Below are positions 62,008 through 64,000 of a stretch of 64,000 nucleotides of DNA, in pieces; the first letter of the stretch is position 1; every line of letters starts with the position of its first letter. Below the pieces are notes generated by a model. That model saw only the letters and a program-made list of their open reading frames with translations. It had not been told where the DNA came from and did not search any database. Source of the stretch: Escherichia coli O127:H6 str. E2348/69 (GTDB taxonomy: Bacteria > Pseudomonadota > Gammaproteobacteria > Enterobacterales > Enterobacteriaceae); the NCBI RefSeq assembly GCF_000026545.1, contig NC_011601.1; one strand, 5' to 3'. The translations under genes and the position numbers were made by a program.

Positions 62008-62919
62008 TCAGCCAGGTTCAATCTCCAGCTCGCGCAGTTCACGCCAGAAGCGTTCGGCAACTGGATTCATGCGGGTATTCATCCGGTATGCATAGGCCTG
62101 AATCGGGATTACCAGTTCGTCCCGATTCAGTACAACGAGCTGCCCGCTGCGAATTTCTTGTTGTATGGCGTACTCCGGTAGCCAGGCAATCCCACAGCCG
62201 TCGAGGGCAACCTGCTTTAAAAGCTCGCTCATCGAAGAGACAAAAAAGGTGCTGAAACTCAACTCACTGTGGCGCGTCAGAGTGCGATTAATCAATCGTC
62301 CCATGTAGGAGTTGCGGCTGTAATTCAGTAACGGAAAGTGTGGCTGAGCGAGGTTAAAAAGTGCTTCTCCGTATTCGTCACTGGCGCAGACGGGGAACAA
62401 TTGAGATTCAAATAAGCGGATGTGGTCAAACGGCGCTTCCAGCAAATCTTCGTCGTGAAAGGAAAAAATACAGTCACTTTGCCCTTCGCGCAGTTTATCG
62501 ACCGCTTCATCGACATCAATGGCTTCAATTGCCCAGGTAAAGATCGGCGGCATCTGGCTGATAATGGACGGTAACAGACCGAGGGAAAGAGAGTGTGCAG
62601 CGGCTATCTTGATTTTACGTTGCGCGTAATCGCTGCCGCCACGCAGCTCTGCCAGATTGCTCTCTAACTGTTGCAACAGATGGCGGATCTGCGAATGGAA
62701 GATTTTCCCTTGTTCTGAGAGTTGCAGCGGCGTTACCTGGCGGTTAAATAATTCAACACCAATCGCCTGTTCCAGTGCACGGATGCGGCGGCTGAATGCT
62801 GGTTGCGAGACGTTGCGACTGACTGCCGCCTGGGAAAAATTGCGACATTTTTCCAGGGTCAGAAAATCATAAAGCCATTTGGTTTCAATGTTATGCAAAA
62901 CCGCACCACAGTCATCCAT
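62008..62919 (-). CDS. hypT: LysR-family hypochlorite-responsive regulator
   Basis: Start at MDDCGAVLHNIETKWLYDFLTLEKCRNFSQAA (62919), 303 aa. Confidence 0.9.
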   Translation of the reverse strand: MDDCGAVLHNIETKWLYDFLTLEKCRNFSQAAVSRNVSQPAFSRRIRALEQAIGVELFNRQVTPLQLSEQGKIFHSQIRHLLQQLESNLAELRGGSDYAQRKIKIAAAHSLSLGLLPSIISQMPPIFTWAIEAIDVDEAVDKLREGQSDCIFSFHDEDLLEAPFDHIRLFESQLFPVCASDEYGEALFNLAQPHFPLLNYSRNSYMGRLINRTLTRHSELSFSTFFVSSMSELLKQVALDGCGIAWLPEYAIQQEIRSGQLVVLNRDELVIPIQAYAYRMNTRMNPVAERFWRELRELEIEPG

Positions 62920-62983
62920 TACGTTATACTCTGCCAGCCGCCCTTGCGGGCATTCTACGTCCATTCGGGCGGCTGACAACCGT

Positions 62984-64000
62984 TTATGCCGTTTCAAACG
63001 TTCCTTTCACGCAGGCTTTGCCGTCTTTGACCATCAGTTTGCCGCGAGCGTATACCTGCTCAATGCGCAATTCAGGCGTCATGACCAGTAAGTCTGCGTC
63101 ATTGCCTGGCAGAATTTCGCCTTTCCCGGTCAGGTTAAGGAAACCGGCTACGCTACTGGTGAGCGGGCGCAGGGCATCGCTGATACTGAAATCATAGTCT
63201 TTGACCAGCACCTGCACGGTTTCCAGCAATGTTTCAAAACCTGCAACACCGATATGGGTTAAATTTCCTTCGTCATCAAAGAACGGCTGGCTACCGTTGC
63301 CGTCGGAACTGAGGGTGACGCGTGCCAGCGGAATACCCGCCTGAACGGCGCGGGCAATACCTTCGGCAGGGGCGACCGGTTCGTCAATGCTGCTGGTGAT
63401 GTCGATGGTGCCGCCTTTGCGCGCGAACTCCAGCGCCTGCTCAAACAACGGAACGTTGCGGTTAACGTGGGTCGGCAGCAGCTTGCTGATCGGCACATCG
63501 CAGTTTTCCAGCAGGTCATAGACTGGCTGTAACGCCTTTTTGCTGTCACCCATGTGGAACACGGTGACGCCAGGTTTACCGCCGAGCAAACCGCCAACGC
63601 GGGATTCCGCCGCCATATTAGCCAGGTGATAAACGTCCGGTGCGGCAGAACGGTGATCAGAGATGGCGCATTTCACACCAATCACGCGATCGATAATCGC
63701 CACGTCTTTTTCCACGGAACCCGTAATAGTGCGGGAAGGGACATGATAAGCGCCGGTCAGCATCCAGGCGCTGATGCCTTCTTCATTGAGCGCACGGGTC
63801 TTGGCGAGCAGGGATTCCGGGTGGCGAGAGATAGAGTCGGTGCCCAGCAGGCCAACCACTGACGTGATGCCCGCTTCCGTCAGACGACTTAACGCCACTT
63901 CCGGCGTGCGTGTCGTGGGACCTGCTTCGCCGCCACCACCAATCAAATGGACGTGTTGATCAATAAAACCTGGGCAGAGGATCTGCCCGCTGAGATCGAC
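62984..64000 (-). CDS. iadA: isoaspartyl dipeptidase (5' end outside the window)
   Basis: The frame is open to the window edge (..ILCPGFIDQHVHLIGGGGEAGPTTRTPEV..), an amidohydrolase HxH motif is present, and it ends ..VKGTFETA. Confidence 0.92.
   Translation of the reverse strand, partial: VDLSGQILCPGFIDQHVHLIGGGGEAGPTTRTPEVALSRLTEAGITSVVGLLGTDSISRHPESLLAKTRALNEEGISAWMLTGAYHVPSRTITGSVEKDVAIIDRVIGVKCAISDHRSAAPDVYHLANMAAESRVGGLLGGKPGVTVFHMGDSKKALQPVYDLLENCDVPISKLLPTHVNRNVPLFEQALEFARKGGTIDITSSIDEPVAPAEGIARAVQAGIPLARVTLSSDGNGSQPFFDDEGNLTHIGVAGFETLLETVQVLVKDYDFSISDALRPLTSSVAGFLNLTGKGEILPGNDADLLVMTPELRIEQVYARGKLMVKDGKACVKGTFETA

Overview
This is an Escherichia coli chromosomal window covering the yjgL-argI-valS-pepA-lptFG-ahr-leuX region through fim, uxu and iadA. 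The core genes are syntenic with K-12 as I remember it: argI, rraB, yjgM, yjgN, valS, holC, pepA, lptF, lptG, yjgR, ahr, leuX, then nanS-nanM-nanC, fimBE-fimS-fimAICDFGH, uxuAB, uxuR, iraD, hypT and iadA. Two accessory blocks sit between leuX and nanS, where K-12 carries KpLE2. The first (15312-30403) is a 15.1-kb integrative element bounded by exact 31-bp repeats of the leuX 3' end. It carries a tyrosine integrase at the tRNA-distal end, an AbiTii-like gene, a RecQ-type helicase, a repeat-rich ori-like region and a serine recombinase with res-like repeats. It also has an AT-rich cargo (an RNxxxH HEPN-like protein plus two membrane proteins) and a tightly coupled operon. That operon's only large structural gene is a T7-gp10-like capsid protein preceded by a scaffold-like gene, and I see no portal, terminase or tail genes. 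I rate this element the most interesting object here: a candidate new type of phage satellite. The second block (30404-43237) is a restriction/defence island. It holds an EcoR124I-family type IC hsdRSM with three TAEL repeats and non-EcoR124I target recognition domains, a divergent DUF4942-like gene, an McrBC-like pair with a non-canonical McrB, and two HNH nucleases, one interrupted by an in-frame amber codon. Other observations: the idn operon is absent between yjgR and ahr, fimS appears to be in the OFF orientation, and gntP is a nonsense-plus-deletion remnant. A PtsI-like fragment abuts hypT, and a small ORF is coupled to the iraD start. No CRISPR array or rRNA was seen. All homology statements come from motif reading and memory, not from searches.
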